From contig JANQEN010000126.1 of NCBI GenBank assembly GCA_028278335.1, positions 1 to 52,582 on the forward strand: a DNA stretch of 52,582 bases, written 5' to 3'. The first letter of the stretch is position 1. Every line of letters begins with the position of its first letter. A program made the position numbers and the translations under genes. This DNA comes from Chitinivibrionales bacterium (lineage in GTDB: Bacteria; Fibrobacterota; Chitinivibrionia; Chitinivibrionales; JANQEN01). Below the pieces are notes generated by a model. It did no database searches. It was not told the DNA's origin and saw only the letters and a program-made list of their open reading frames with translations. Below are positions 11,306 to 21,841 of the stretch, piece by piece.

Positions 11306-12442
11306 ATGTTAATTGAATTTTTATATCAACAAACAGACACCTATCTCTTTTATAGCCGTCTCTTTAGTACGGCTGTTGCGGCACTTCTTTCATTTACCTT
11401 GGCCATGCTCCTCTTTCAGCCCTATATTCGGTTTCTTCAGAAGTACAATGTGAGCTCTGAATTAGAACAGTCGACTCAGGCAAGACAGCCGGTGATGCCC
11501 GCTGGCATTCTGTTTCTACTTATCATCTCCTTTACCTGCTTGATAACTGCTCGATTCAATTCCTATGTTATCTCTGCGCTTATTATTTATGTCTTTTTTA
11601 GCATCATTGGTGCAATTGATGATATTGCCAAAGTAGTAAACAAAAGACGACTGGCCCGCGGTTCTATAACAAAAGAGGAATACCAGTACAAGGCCGACGG
11701 TATTTCAGCCAGTCTTCGACTAATCCTTTACCTGATCATCTCACTGGCAGTGGCGATCCTTGCGTATAAATATATCCCCAATATCAATGGCCACATTACG
11801 GTCCCCTTTCTCAGTGTTGCACGAAAATTTCCCTATATGCCTGTGTTGCTCTTCATTCCCTTTATGACTTTGGCCATTGCGATCATGGCAAACGGGGTAA
11901 ATTTTACTGATGGATTTGATACACTTTCAACGGTTCCTCTGATTACCTGCTCGATTTTTGTTGGTATCATTTCTTATATATCAAGTAATAGTGTTTGGAG
12001 CAAATACCTTTTGATACCCTATATTCAAGGAGTAGAAGAGGTCTTGCCTCTTACTGGTGCTGTGATTGGAACACTGCTGGCGTTTCTTTGGTTTAATTCA
12101 CCACCTTCGTCAATAATCATGGGTGATTCTGGCTCCGTTGGGTTAGGTGGGCTTATTGGCATTCTCTTTATTTTTATCAAAGCTGGATTTTATTTGCCCA
12201 TTTTAGGATTTATTTTTGTATTAGAATTCCTCTCTACTTTTTTGCAAATCGGCTATTTTAAGTTGACAAAAAAGCGCCTCTTTAAAATGGCGCCTATCCA
12301 CCATCACTTTCAAATTCTCATGCGAGCCAAGGGTTACTACGGTACCGAGGCCAACATTAAAGCAAAAATAACCTGGCGGTTTCATATCATTTCAGCACTA
12401 TTTTTAATCATCGGAACTATTCTCTTTCTCAAAATTCGTTAA
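11306..12442 (+). CDS. mraY: Phospho-N-acetylmuramoyl-pentapeptide transferase-like (MraY/GT4 polyprenyl-phosphate sugar-phosphate transferase), divergent.
   Basis: 378 aa polytopic protein. Aspartate-rich loop IGAIDDIAK, NGVNFTDGFD, MGDSGSVGLGG and C-terminal APIHHHF motif as in MraY. Located outside any mur/fts (dcw) context. Confidence 0.7.
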   Translation: MLIEFLYQQTDTYLFYSRLFSTAVAALLSFTLAMLLFQPYIRFLQKYNVSSELEQSTQARQPVMPAGILFLLIISFTCLITARFNSYVISALIIYVFFSIIGAIDDIAKVVNKRRLARGSITKEEYQYKADGISASLRLILYLIISLAVAILAYKYIPNINGHITVPFLSVARKFPYMPVLLFIPFMTLAIAIMANGVNFTDGFDTLSTVPLITCSIFVGIISYISSNSVWSKYLLIPYIQGVEEVLPLTGAVIGTLLAFLWFNSPPSSIIMGDSGSVGLGGLIGILFIFIKAGFYLPILGFIFVLEFLSTFLQIGYFKLTKKRLFKMAPIHHHFQILMRAKGYYGTEANIKAKITWRFHIISALFLIIGTILFLKIR

Positions 12443-12464
12443 CAAAAGGTAAGACAGACAACAT

Positions 12465-13184
12465 ATGGTAACGGACACAAAAACCTATTATACCTCACCT
12501 GCAGGAAAAGAGTTTACCCTAACCGCAGGGCGATTTGCAGGGATTCATCCAGCAAGTACCGTGTTAGACATCGGTTGTGGCTATGGGGAAGGGGTCTGCA
12601 ATATGACCCAAGAGTTTCGCTGTAAAGCGGTTGCCATTGACATAAACGAAGAGAATGTTGACTTTGCGCAAAACCTTGCTGTGGAACGACGAGTCAGTCA
12701 TTTGATTCATTTTGAACAGAACGACATTTTGCAGATGGACTTTTCTGAAGAACCCTTTGACCTTATTATGGCGGAGGGAGGTATACTGAGCTATCTCGGT
12801 CGTAAAGACGCCTTTAAACGTATGCGCTCCTGGCTTGTGCCTCGGGGTTGGATCGAATTCTCCGACCTCATTCTTCTCTCCGATAAAGTACCCAACGAAG
12901 TATTATCGATCTTCGACTACGATACCTATCTCTATGAATCAGAGTCTTCCTATCGACGTCTTATTGAGGATGCGGGTTTTACCATTCAGTTTATCTGCTT
13001 AGTACCACCCAGTGGATGGGATAACTATTATGCCCACATGGCAAGACGCTTAGAAGACAATCAGGGTTTCTTTGCCAATCAGGAGGTCAAGCTCGCTTTT
13101 CATAAGGAAATTGACATCTTTTACCGGTTCGAAGGCTTTAGGTTTGTGGGATATTTGGTCTGTATTGTGCGAAAAAAGGACTAG
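12465..13184 (+). CDS. Class I SAM-dependent methyltransferase.
   Basis: 239 aa. Motif I VLDIGCGYGEG, followed by acidic post-I and motif II. Confidence 0.7.
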   Translation: MVTDTKTYYTSPAGKEFTLTAGRFAGIHPASTVLDIGCGYGEGVCNMTQEFRCKAVAIDINEENVDFAQNLAVERRVSHLIHFEQNDILQMDFSEEPFDLIMAEGGILSYLGRKDAFKRMRSWLVPRGWIEFSDLILLSDKVPNEVLSIFDYDTYLYESESSYRRLIEDAGFTIQFICLVPPSGWDNYYAHMARRLEDNQGFFANQEVKLAFHKEIDIFYRFEGFRFVGYLVCIVRKKD

Positions 13185-13213
13185 ACACTGCTTTATAAAT
13201 TATATTTGCTATC

Positions 13214-15520
13214 ATGAATTTTGACAATAACGACAGTGACATATTCGATTTAGAACAATTAGAGCGGATTGATTTTCAAAAAGAAAATCCTCCCCCTAAG
13301 AAACGTCCTGAACCACCACAAAAAAAGGTTGTGGGCAAACGCTTTTTAACCCTCTTTTTTATTGTTGTCCTTATTCTCTCCTGTATAGCTGGCATGGGTC
13401 TAAAATTCCTACACTATATTTATATGACCCTACCAAAACCAGAAGAACTTAGCAACATTCAACCCTCTTTAGTTACCAAGGTTTACGCATCGGACAGTTC
13501 CCTTGTTCACGAATTTAGTGTGGAACGTCGCTTCTGGGTCTCCTTAAATGATATTCCCAAGGAACTGCAACAGGCGGTTGTTTCTATTGAGGACCGACGT
13601 TTTTATACGCACTGGGGCATTGACATTAAAAGAATCTTTGGAGCGGTTGTGGTCGATGTAATTAGCGGCGAATACGCTCAGGGTGCTTCAACCTTGACTC
13701 AGCAGCTTGCCCGCAATGTGTATCTCACCTCTAAGCAGACACTAATTCGCAAAATCAGAGAAATCCTTACAGCCATACAGCTGGAAGCCTACTACACAAA
13801 AGATGAGATCATGGAGCTCTATCTCAACATGGTCTACCTTGGTGCTGGGGTGTATGGTGTTGAAGCTGCAAGTCAGCGCTATTTTAGCAAACCCGTAAAG
13901 GAACTAACACTCAATGAGTGTGCTGTTCTTGCGGGCTGTATCCAATTGCCCGAGTACTACCGTCCAGACAGAAAGAAAAATCACAAACGTACGACTATTC
14001 GCCGTCGTAGTGTTTTGATAGGTATGCGCAAGATGGGCTTTATTTCAAAGGCTACCGCCAAACAGGTCGCCGCTGATAGTATCCCTTCAAACCCACAGCC
14101 TGCGGTCTCTAAAAAGGCTCCCTATTTCATTGAGGTAGTTCGTCGTCACATGGAGAAAACCTATGGCGAACATAAGCTTTACAATGGAGGGCTCTCCATT
14201 TATACGACACTGGATGTCAAGGCCCAGGACACCACTGACTGGGCAGTATCCTACTTCTTGGACTCGCTCCAGCGTCGCACAAACCGTCTCTTTTTAGACA
14301 GTACTCTGGCGTATAAAGATCTCAAAGTTTCAAAGATACATTACCTGAACAACTTTGACTCCATTTATACGGCAAACAAAGAGTTTTATAAGGAACTACC
14401 GGACTCACTCCGACTCCGAATTGTCCAGGCATCGGTTGTTGCCTTAAACGCGCATACCGGTGCGGTACGAGTACTAACCGGTGGTCGTGATTTCAGTGAG
14501 AGCAAGTTCAACCGTGCTATGCAAGCACGCCGTCAACCGGGCTCAGCCTTTAAGCCCTTTGTGTATACCGTTGCCATTGACAGTGGGTTCACCCCCGCAT
14601 CCATTGTGATGGACCAACCCATCACCCTGGAAACTCCCGAAGGGTTGTGGCGACCTGAGAACTATGAACATGAGTTCTATGGGCCGGTAACCATTCGACA
14701 CTCCCTTAAAAAATCGATTAACCTGGTGGCAATTCAAGTATTGCAGGATATTGGCGCTTACAATGTTATTAACCTAGCAAGGAAGATGGGACTCAAGCAT
14801 CGCCTCAATCCAGTGCCTGCCTTAGCTATTGGTGCCTGTGAAGCCACCAACATGGAAATGACCTCTGCCTATAGTGTCTACCCAAATTATGGATTCCAGG
14901 CAACTCCCTACTTTATTGAAGCGGTCTTTGATAAAAATGGACGATGTTTAGAAAAACACGAACCCGAATCGAAGCAGGTTATCTCTCCCCAAACAGCCTT
15001 TCTCATGAGTAGCATGCTCACCACAGTAGTACGAGCAGGAACTGGCGCCCAGGTGGGCGCTCGAGGATTTCATCGACCTACCGGTGGTAAAACCGGCACA
15101 ACCAACGACTACTCTGATGCCTGGTTTATTGGATTCACTCCACAAATCGCTTGTGGTGTCTGGGTTGGTGTTGATGAGCGCCGTTCCATGGGCTATGGCG
15201 TTACCGGCTCTAAAGGCTCAATTCCCATTTGGGTAGCGACTATGAAGTCACTTCATCGCAAGCTACCGCTCAAAAACTTTGAGCAGCCAAAAAATATTGC
15301 CTATGCTAATTTCTGTCGCACCACCAATAAATTAGCGACCCGCTACTGTCCTGATGTTTATCAGGAGTTTATCAAAGCTGATCACCAGGGAGACACCTGT
15401 GATGTGCATGTTGCCCGCGGGTATCGACGCCCAAAAAGCGTTATCAAACGATTGGGTACCAATAAAAAGGGTACTACCAACATAGAGAAAAAGAAAAAGA
15501 GACGGTCACTTCAATTTTAG
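13214..15520 (+). CDS. mrcA: Class A penicillin-binding protein (PBP1A; transglycosylase + transpeptidase).
   Basis: 768 aa. N-terminal TM. GT51 motif EDRRFYTHWGID. Transpeptidase SAFK (SxxK), SxN region, GKTGTT (KTG). Confidence 0.9.
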   Translation: MNFDNNDSDIFDLEQLERIDFQKENPPPKKRPEPPQKKVVGKRFLTLFFIVVLILSCIAGMGLKFLHYIYMTLPKPEELSNIQPSLVTKVYASDSSLVHEFSVERRFWVSLNDIPKELQQAVVSIEDRRFYTHWGIDIKRIFGAVVVDVISGEYAQGASTLTQQLARNVYLTSKQTLIRKIREILTAIQLEAYYTKDEIMELYLNMVYLGAGVYGVEAASQRYFSKPVKELTLNECAVLAGCIQLPEYYRPDRKKNHKRTTIRRRSVLIGMRKMGFISKATAKQVAADSIPSNPQPAVSKKAPYFIEVVRRHMEKTYGEHKLYNGGLSIYTTLDVKAQDTTDWAVSYFLDSLQRRTNRLFLDSTLAYKDLKVSKIHYLNNFDSIYTANKEFYKELPDSLRLRIVQASVVALNAHTGAVRVLTGGRDFSESKFNRAMQARRQPGSAFKPFVYTVAIDSGFTPASIVMDQPITLETPEGLWRPENYEHEFYGPVTIRHSLKKSINLVAIQVLQDIGAYNVINLARKMGLKHRLNPVPALAIGACEATNMEMTSAYSVYPNYGFQATPYFIEAVFDKNGRCLEKHEPESKQVISPQTAFLMSSMLTTVVRAGTGAQVGARGFHRPTGGKTGTTNDYSDAWFIGFTPQIACGVWVGVDERRSMGYGVTGSKGSIPIWVATMKSLHRKLPLKNFEQPKNIAYANFCRTTNKLATRYCPDVYQEFIKADHQGDTCDVHVARGYRRPKSVIKRLGTNKKGTTNIEKKKKRRSLQF

Positions 15521-15767
15521 TGGCCCTATTCAATCACCCATAGCAATCAACCCCAGAACAGACACCAATGTTACTCTCCTCAACCTTAGTGTCAGCTATG
15601 CATTCTTACCTAAACACCCAAAAGCACTTTAGCTGTTTGGATTAATCAGTGTGTCATTATAGATATATTATAATTGATTATGTTTAATTGAGCGGTGGGA
15701 TGATATAATTATTACAGGTACAACTGTTAAAATTCAAACAACCGGTGATAAGGCGCCCCTTTAATTC

Positions 15768-17660
15768 ATGTCCCAAGACAATGATTTTAAAATAGATCCA
15801 GTCTCTGGAAAGGCTACTTTTAAAAACCCACCTCGCCTCCCCAATGTAGAAAATAATGAGCAGGTTGGTTCTGGGCGAGTTACTGCACTTTTGGGTTATG
15901 GCGGTATGGCTAATGTCTATGAGATTTGGGACCCTCAACTCGAAGTGTATCGAGCCGTAAAAATCATTAAGCCAGACTGCACCAAAGAGGCCTTAGAGAG
16001 ATTCTACACAGAAATAAAGATTACTGCAAAATTAAACCATCCCAATATAATCGACATTCATAGTGTAGGAATTTGGAGTCAACTTCCTTACATTGAAATG
16101 GAGCGAGTAAAGGGTATTACCCTCCGTGAAATCATTGATACCTTTGGCGCACTTCCACCAAAACTTTGTACAGCAGTAGGCATTTTAATATGTCGTGCTT
16201 TAACCTACGCTCATAGCCAAAAGTATACGCTCTATGGCACCACTTACCATGGCATCATCCATCGTGATCTAAAACCGGGTAACATTATGATCTGTCCTGA
16301 GGGGTTGCTCAAACTTATGGACTTTGGTATTGCCCGCCCTATAGATGCCTCTTTTCATACATTAGACAACACAATCGTTGGTACGATTCAGTACATGCCT
16401 CCCGAGTTGCTGCAGGGAGAAAAGATCGATGTGAGAACTGATATTTATGCATTAGGAGCAACGTTGTATGAGATTCTAACCGGGGTCAATGCCTTTCCAG
16501 AATCAAACTTTGGCAAGCTTGTACAACATAAACAGAAAAATCAGTTTCGTCCCCTTAATGGATTCAAGATTCTAATTCCAGACAAGCTCCGCAAATTGAT
16601 TCATAAGTGCATGCAACAAGACAAAAACAGACGAGTGGCAAGTGCTCAAACTGTATTGCGTGAGCTTGAAAAGGTTCATAAACGACTTACCTCGGAAACC
16701 CCAGAGTTTATCCTCAATAAATTTTGTGCCAACTATCGGAAAGCCAAGTACATACCCGCCCATGGCTGGGCTATTCCCTGGCACACTATTGTCTCAGCCA
16801 TTGCCTTTGTGGGAGTCTTGGGATTTGCCATCTACTTTAGTAGCACCTTCTTGGAGTATCTTAGCTTAAACAGAGAAGTCGAAAAAATAACCCTTACTGA
16901 CGAGCTTTCTAAGGAGGAAAAACTAAAATTGGTTGATTATATCAAACCCAAAAAAAAGGAATCAAAAAAAGAGAGTGCCTCAAACGCCAAAAGGAGAATA
17001 GAAAAAAAGAGTACTTCCACTGCTATATCCAAGAAAAAAGTAAAAGAGCAGAAACCCGTCATAAAACAAGCTACAGCAAAAGAAAAAAGGGCAAAACCCA
17101 AACAGCAGACTCTGCTTGAAAAACTCACAGAAAAACATGGTACCAACAATCCTGTAGAACTGGCCTCTAAGGAGCTACAAGCAGGAAATGCTCAAAATGC
17201 CTATGCACTCTTCATACACTTCTCTGCGTCGCAAAATGCATCTCCCCAGGCAATTATCTATAAAATCAGAGTGTTACAAAAATTAACCAAGCACCGTGAA
17301 TTAACCGCCCTTGTCTCAAATCATGCGGTTAAGGATGGTGAGTTTCTTTTGGCCAAGGCAAAGCTTGCCTACAATCGAAATAGCATTGCCGAGGCCAAAC
17401 AGATCCTTGCAAATACATTGAACTCACCGGTTCGGTATACCGACTATACTGCTATAAAACAACAGGTTTTCCATTACAAAGCCCTCTGCGCCTCGAAGAT
17501 CTTTGACACCAATCCCACAGAGCAGAATTATTTGAAGGCTCTGGAGGAGTGGCGAAACTTGGGTGCCCTGTTTAGCAGCAACCGAACCCACTACCTCTTT
17601 AAAAAGTATCGGGAAGAAACCCGAAGAATTGGTGAAAAGTATCGCGCAAACAGGGGATAA
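15768..17660 (+). CDS. Hanks-type Ser/Thr protein kinase with one TM and a Lys-rich / helical-repeat extracytoplasmic C-terminal domain.
   Basis: 630 aa. AVKIIK (VAIK), HRDLKPGNIM, DFGIA, PPE motifs. TM ~ residues 335-360. Lys-rich linker then TPR-like helical region. Confidence 0.85.
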   Translation: MSQDNDFKIDPVSGKATFKNPPRLPNVENNEQVGSGRVTALLGYGGMANVYEIWDPQLEVYRAVKIIKPDCTKEALERFYTEIKITAKLNHPNIIDIHSVGIWSQLPYIEMERVKGITLREIIDTFGALPPKLCTAVGILICRALTYAHSQKYTLYGTTYHGIIHRDLKPGNIMICPEGLLKLMDFGIARPIDASFHTLDNTIVGTIQYMPPELLQGEKIDVRTDIYALGATLYEILTGVNAFPESNFGKLVQHKQKNQFRPLNGFKILIPDKLRKLIHKCMQQDKNRRVASAQTVLRELEKVHKRLTSETPEFILNKFCANYRKAKYIPAHGWAIPWHTIVSAIAFVGVLGFAIYFSSTFLEYLSLNREVEKITLTDELSKEEKLKLVDYIKPKKKESKKESASNAKRRIEKKSTSTAISKKKVKEQKPVIKQATAKEKRAKPKQQTLLEKLTEKHGTNNPVELASKELQAGNAQNAYALFIHFSASQNASPQAIIYKIRVLQKLTKHRELTALVSNHAVKDGEFLLAKAKLAYNRNSIAEAKQILANTLNSPVRYTDYTAIKQQVFHYKALCASKIFDTNPTEQNYLKALEEWRNLGALFSSNRTHYLFKKYREETRRIGEKYRANRG

Positions 17661-17662
17661 CT

Positions 17663-18553
17663 ATGATCACACAGCTATCCAAATGGCAAAACATGACATG
17701 GGCAATTGTTTTTTTATTCCTTTTTGGAGCCCCACTATCCATCAATGCAACCAAGCCACCCTTTGATACCCTCTCCGGGCCATTACCCAAGACTATTGCT
17801 GCGCAAGGGCGCCCCTATCTTATTGTCTCTGACATTGAGGTCCCCTTTGGCAAAAAGGTTACCATAGAGCCCGGCGTTGTATTCATGTTTCAAAATTTTA
17901 CCGGTTTTCATGTAGAAGGTCAACTCATTGCCGAAGGCACCAAAAGTAGACCTATTGTGTTCACCTCGGAATTCGATGGTATTTACAATCCCGACACAAC
18001 CCTCATTGCCAACCCCTTTGATTGGAATGGCATTTATATCCATAAGGATGCCTTTGGCTCACAGATAAAATTCGCAAAAATCATGTATTCGGTTTATGGA
18101 ATAAAATCAGATACTCGACTTATAAGAATTGATCCCTGTATTTTTGGCAATAATGGCAAAGGACACCTGGCCATTGCCGACTCTACCCACACAATTCTAG
18201 AGAATAAACCCTACACCTATGTATTATCAAAACGAGACGCTACTATCGAGGGTGTTCCTATAAAATTGATTTCCGATCCTCTTGCACGAAAACGAAACTT
18301 CTTTCGCTATGCTAGCATTACTCTATTGGTGGGAGGCATCAGCGCCGGTATTATTGGCTACGAACGGTACAAAGATTCTCAGGACAAATTTAACACTTTG
18401 AGTACAGATGATCAAACCATGCTCAATCAGCACTCCACTGAGGACTGGGACAAAGCTCGAACTGATAAATATTTGGATTTTACCCTCCTCTGTGCTGGTA
18501 TATCGGCAAGTGTGTTGGGTACAACCGGTTTTGTCTGGACCTTTACCTTTTGA
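17663..18553 (+). CDS. Hypothetical secreted/membrane-anchored protein (signal peptide, C-terminal two TM helices).
   Basis: 296 aa. Start 3 nt after the kinase stop (likely co-transcribed). No recognizable catalytic motifs. Confidence 0.5.
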   Translation: MITQLSKWQNMTWAIVFLFLFGAPLSINATKPPFDTLSGPLPKTIAAQGRPYLIVSDIEVPFGKKVTIEPGVVFMFQNFTGFHVEGQLIAEGTKSRPIVFTSEFDGIYNPDTTLIANPFDWNGIYIHKDAFGSQIKFAKIMYSVYGIKSDTRLIRIDPCIFGNNGKGHLAIADSTHTILENKPYTYVLSKRDATIEGVPIKLISDPLARKRNFFRYASITLLVGGISAGIIGYERYKDSQDKFNTLSTDDQTMLNQHSTEDWDKARTDKYLDFTLLCAGISASVLGTTGFVWTFTF

Positions 18554-18565
18554 TCTCAAGAAAGG

Positions 18566-21496
18566 ATGGGCACTATGAAACACTCCTTTTTCATCATACT
18601 TTTTGCAGCACTGCTTTGGCTCTTCTGCTCCGAATATAATCCCTTTGAAAATCCCGCCAATATCAACGTGGTGGTGGTAGCTGAAAAAAGCTCTTTACAG
18701 AGAGATAGTGCAACCAACATATTTACAACAGAGACCCTCACGGTTATTGCCACTGTCCGCGAAAAGATCGACTCCTTTACTATTCATGCTCCTACTAATC
18801 GATATTGGACCAAGCAGACCATCACCGCACCCATTGCCGATGGTGAGTACATCTTTCTCTTTTCCTATAACGACAGTGGTAGTGCAACGGTACTACTCAA
18901 CACCTACCGCAATAATGGCGATATCATTCCTCAGGAATTTTCTTTAAAGATCAACAATCCCCTTGCGCAATCACCGATCACCATAGAGCAGGGCACCGAT
19001 TTTGTCCTCTCCACACCAGCAGTAAGTGATTTTGATACCCGCTACCATTGGAAATTCTTCAAAGAGAGTGGTCAACCGCTCACCTTCTCCAATGCAACAA
19101 GTAACTATACAGCCCAGATCAACGAACCACTCTCCGGTGATACTGGCTATCTTTGGGTGGAGGACACTGCAGGTAATACCTCTCCCCTCACCCCCTTTAC
19201 CTATAGCACGATCGACACAACCGGTCCGGTCATTCTCTGTCTGAACAAGGGGCCAATTGGCGACACACTGATTTCTGGTGCGGGCACCTTTGTCTTTAAG
19301 GTAGAGTGTAATGATGGCCAAGGGATTGGTGGCGCCCTGATCAACAACGAGAACTTTTCTGACTCAACCCTTAACATCAAGGCAACGACCTATTACAAAA
19401 CACTCTTTAATTTAGACACCCTAAGCGGCTACTTTTTAGTTGCGGTCAATGCCTGGGACGCCAAAAACAACCACCGCAGGGACACCTTTTTTATTCGTTA
19501 TGACAGCAATGGCCCTAAAGAAATTATTACCCTAAAGAATCCACCAACAAGTTATTACACAACAAACCAAAACCCCTTTACTATTGTTGCCACAGTATTC
19601 AATCCCCTTGACACATCGGTCACTGTAACAATTCACCACCGGGAATATGATTCTACCCACCTCATTGACACCATAGTAAAAGAGACCGAGCAGGACATCT
19701 CCTTTGCTACTTCTCTGCAACAGGGAACCAACACACTGTTTATCAATGTATTAGACACCTCCAACAGCGTCATTGCCAAAGACAGCGTCTTTCTCACCTT
19801 TACTTCCGGCACCATCGTGGATTCAATCCCTCCCTTTATCAACCGTATAACGGTCAATGGGAAAGAGGGTAGACAACATTTTCTCCCGGAGAACTATGCT
19901 GTCCTGGCCTTAGAAGCCTTTGATGAACAAATGGATAGTGTGCTCATAAACAACACCCTTAAATCCGCAGAACCGGGTCACCGTTTTCTTTGGAAAGACA
20001 CCCTGGCACTCAACGACAGCACACAATTCTTCTACATCCACCTCATTGACAAAATGGGTAATAGAACCTTCGACACGGTCGAGGTACAACGAAATAATTT
20101 ACCCAAAATCACCACACCGGTTTCATGGCCCCGAACGCTAGTGGTGGGTCGTCCCTGGTACAAGGAGTTCAATGTTGCCGATCCCAACCGTGATCTCGTT
20201 TCAATCATTCACTATCCTGATCCAAAAAGCGCTCTACCGGAACCCGGTGCCATCACCTTCTCCCAGATAGGCCCAAACCGGTGGTCCGTGTTTTGGCGGG
20301 GTCAACTCAGTAATAGTAGTGGACTTAACAAATTGCATAAGACCTTTGTTGTGCTTTATGATGAGAAGGAGTATATGCCCTATCCCTGGAACTTCTCTAT
20401 CAAAGATTCGACCCAGGCACAGGATTATCACTTTCAAGTATTTTTACCCGATGGCATCGACTCTACCGCTCTTGGGGCCATTGACATAAGCACAGCAACT
20501 GAGCCAGTCAATGTCTTCTGTATTGTTGTTGCCGATGCAAAACCATTCTCTGATCGCGACATCATTACGGTGCTCCGTGAAGACCAGGCAATAAGCTTTC
20601 CTGCAACCGCTTCCGATACCAACTGGTTCCACCTCTCCCTCGTTCCCGAAGAGATCAAGGGCAATAAAGAATCAATGCTTATCATGGTGACCGACAGCAA
20701 TGATGTGGCCACCCTGGTTGACACATTGGTTGTGATTTATTCATGGGATTTTCCTGGTCATATTGATGAATTGGGCTGGCTTCTCAATGCAGATGAGGGC
20801 ATCACCCTCAAGGAAGACTTCGTTGCGCATTGGGAAACAGAGGCCTTTGAATTGAATACCAATTCCTATACAAACGAACTGTATGATCGGAAAACCATGC
20901 CCCGCTATGTTGAAAACGCTATTAGCGATTACGCAGCACTAAAGTTCTCGCCCCTGGAACATTCTAATCTACTCAATAGCGAGGAGAATTGGCTGAGCAC
21001 TCCCTTTACCCTCTTTTTTGTGACTCGCCTTGCATTGACGACCCCAAAGGATAGTGGCAAGGTAATCATCTCTGCTGGCCCGGATAATAAATTTATTGGT
21101 CTGGGTGTGTTCGATGGATTGATGGGCATCTATGGGTCCTTGGGAAATGGAGGATATCGTGACACAACCATCACCTGCAATATTAAGGTTACCAAAAACG
21201 CCTGGCATATCCTCTGCTATTCCTCAAAACAGGGAATGGGTAACGGCTCAACACCCTTTGATCTATCCTTCTGGATTGATGGTGAGGCTCACCCCAACAA
21301 CACTATTAGCCTTCCTAATGCTGGTGGTCAAGGTAATATGAACTATCTTATTCTTGGTGGTGGCGGCAAACACACTGCTCTAAAAAACTGGGATGGTCAC
21401 ATTGCCGAGATCGTTAAATATTGTAAGTACCTTACTGATGAAGAGCGCCTTGCAGTGCAGCGGTATCTTGGCTCTAAGTTTAAAATTAAATTGTAA
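18566..21496 (+). CDS. Large secreted protein (976 aa) with repeated beta-rich (Ig-like) modules and a C-terminal ConA/LamG-like jellyroll-type domain.
   Basis: N-terminal signal peptide (LLWLFC, possible lipoprotein). Low-complexity Thr/Asn-rich beta modules. C-terminal ~200 aa resemble a laminin-G/concanavalin-like lectin fold (WDGHIAEIVKY...). Confidence 0.5.
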   Translation: MGTMKHSFFIILFAALLWLFCSEYNPFENPANINVVVVAEKSSLQRDSATNIFTTETLTVIATVREKIDSFTIHAPTNRYWTKQTITAPIADGEYIFLFSYNDSGSATVLLNTYRNNGDIIPQEFSLKINNPLAQSPITIEQGTDFVLSTPAVSDFDTRYHWKFFKESGQPLTFSNATSNYTAQINEPLSGDTGYLWVEDTAGNTSPLTPFTYSTIDTTGPVILCLNKGPIGDTLISGAGTFVFKVECNDGQGIGGALINNENFSDSTLNIKATTYYKTLFNLDTLSGYFLVAVNAWDAKNNHRRDTFFIRYDSNGPKEIITLKNPPTSYYTTNQNPFTIVATVFNPLDTSVTVTIHHREYDSTHLIDTIVKETEQDISFATSLQQGTNTLFINVLDTSNSVIAKDSVFLTFTSGTIVDSIPPFINRITVNGKEGRQHFLPENYAVLALEAFDEQMDSVLINNTLKSAEPGHRFLWKDTLALNDSTQFFYIHLIDKMGNRTFDTVEVQRNNLPKITTPVSWPRTLVVGRPWYKEFNVADPNRDLVSIIHYPDPKSALPEPGAITFSQIGPNRWSVFWRGQLSNSSGLNKLHKTFVVLYDEKEYMPYPWNFSIKDSTQAQDYHFQVFLPDGIDSTALGAIDISTATEPVNVFCIVVADAKPFSDRDIITVLREDQAISFPATASDTNWFHLSLVPEEIKGNKESMLIMVTDSNDVATLVDTLVVIYSWDFPGHIDELGWLLNADEGITLKEDFVAHWETEAFELNTNSYTNELYDRKTMPRYVENAISDYAALKFSPLEHSNLLNSEENWLSTPFTLFFVTRLALTTPKDSGKVIISAGPDNKFIGLGVFDGLMGIYGSLGNGGYRDTTITCNIKVTKNAWHILCYSSKQGMGNGSTPFDLSFWIDGEAHPNNTISLPNAGGQGNMNYLILGGGGKHTALKNWDGHIAEIVKYCKYLTDEERLAVQRYLGSKFKIKL

Positions 21497-21841
21497 AGGC
21501 TTTGCTGATTTTTATTTAGGCGCCTACTCAGTGACTTAATTGAAAGAGTTTTAAAAGCATATGGGAGTTGTCCTCATTTTAGTGTTATGATTCAGATTGT
21601 TTGGGCGTCTTTTCAATTCATACATCTGTCATTTAAAAAATTTATTTGGGCGATCCTTCGCTTAAGCTCAGGCCGGGCCTGCTCCAGGCTCCGCTATCGC
21701 TTCGGTATTTTGGCTTGGCCAAAACACTGCTCTGCACCTTCCGCGTCCCTATCGCAAAAGATTAAAAGATTGATGAAGGTCTAACAGTATTGGTCATTGC
21801 GATCTATTACCTCTTTATAAATGCTATTGAGTTGCTTTTTA

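Noticed and set aside
18566-21496. C-terminal lectin-like domain of the 976-aa protein as a diversity-generating retroelement (DGR) variable protein.
   Set aside because: No reverse transcriptase, template repeat or A-rich VR/TR pair is present within the window.
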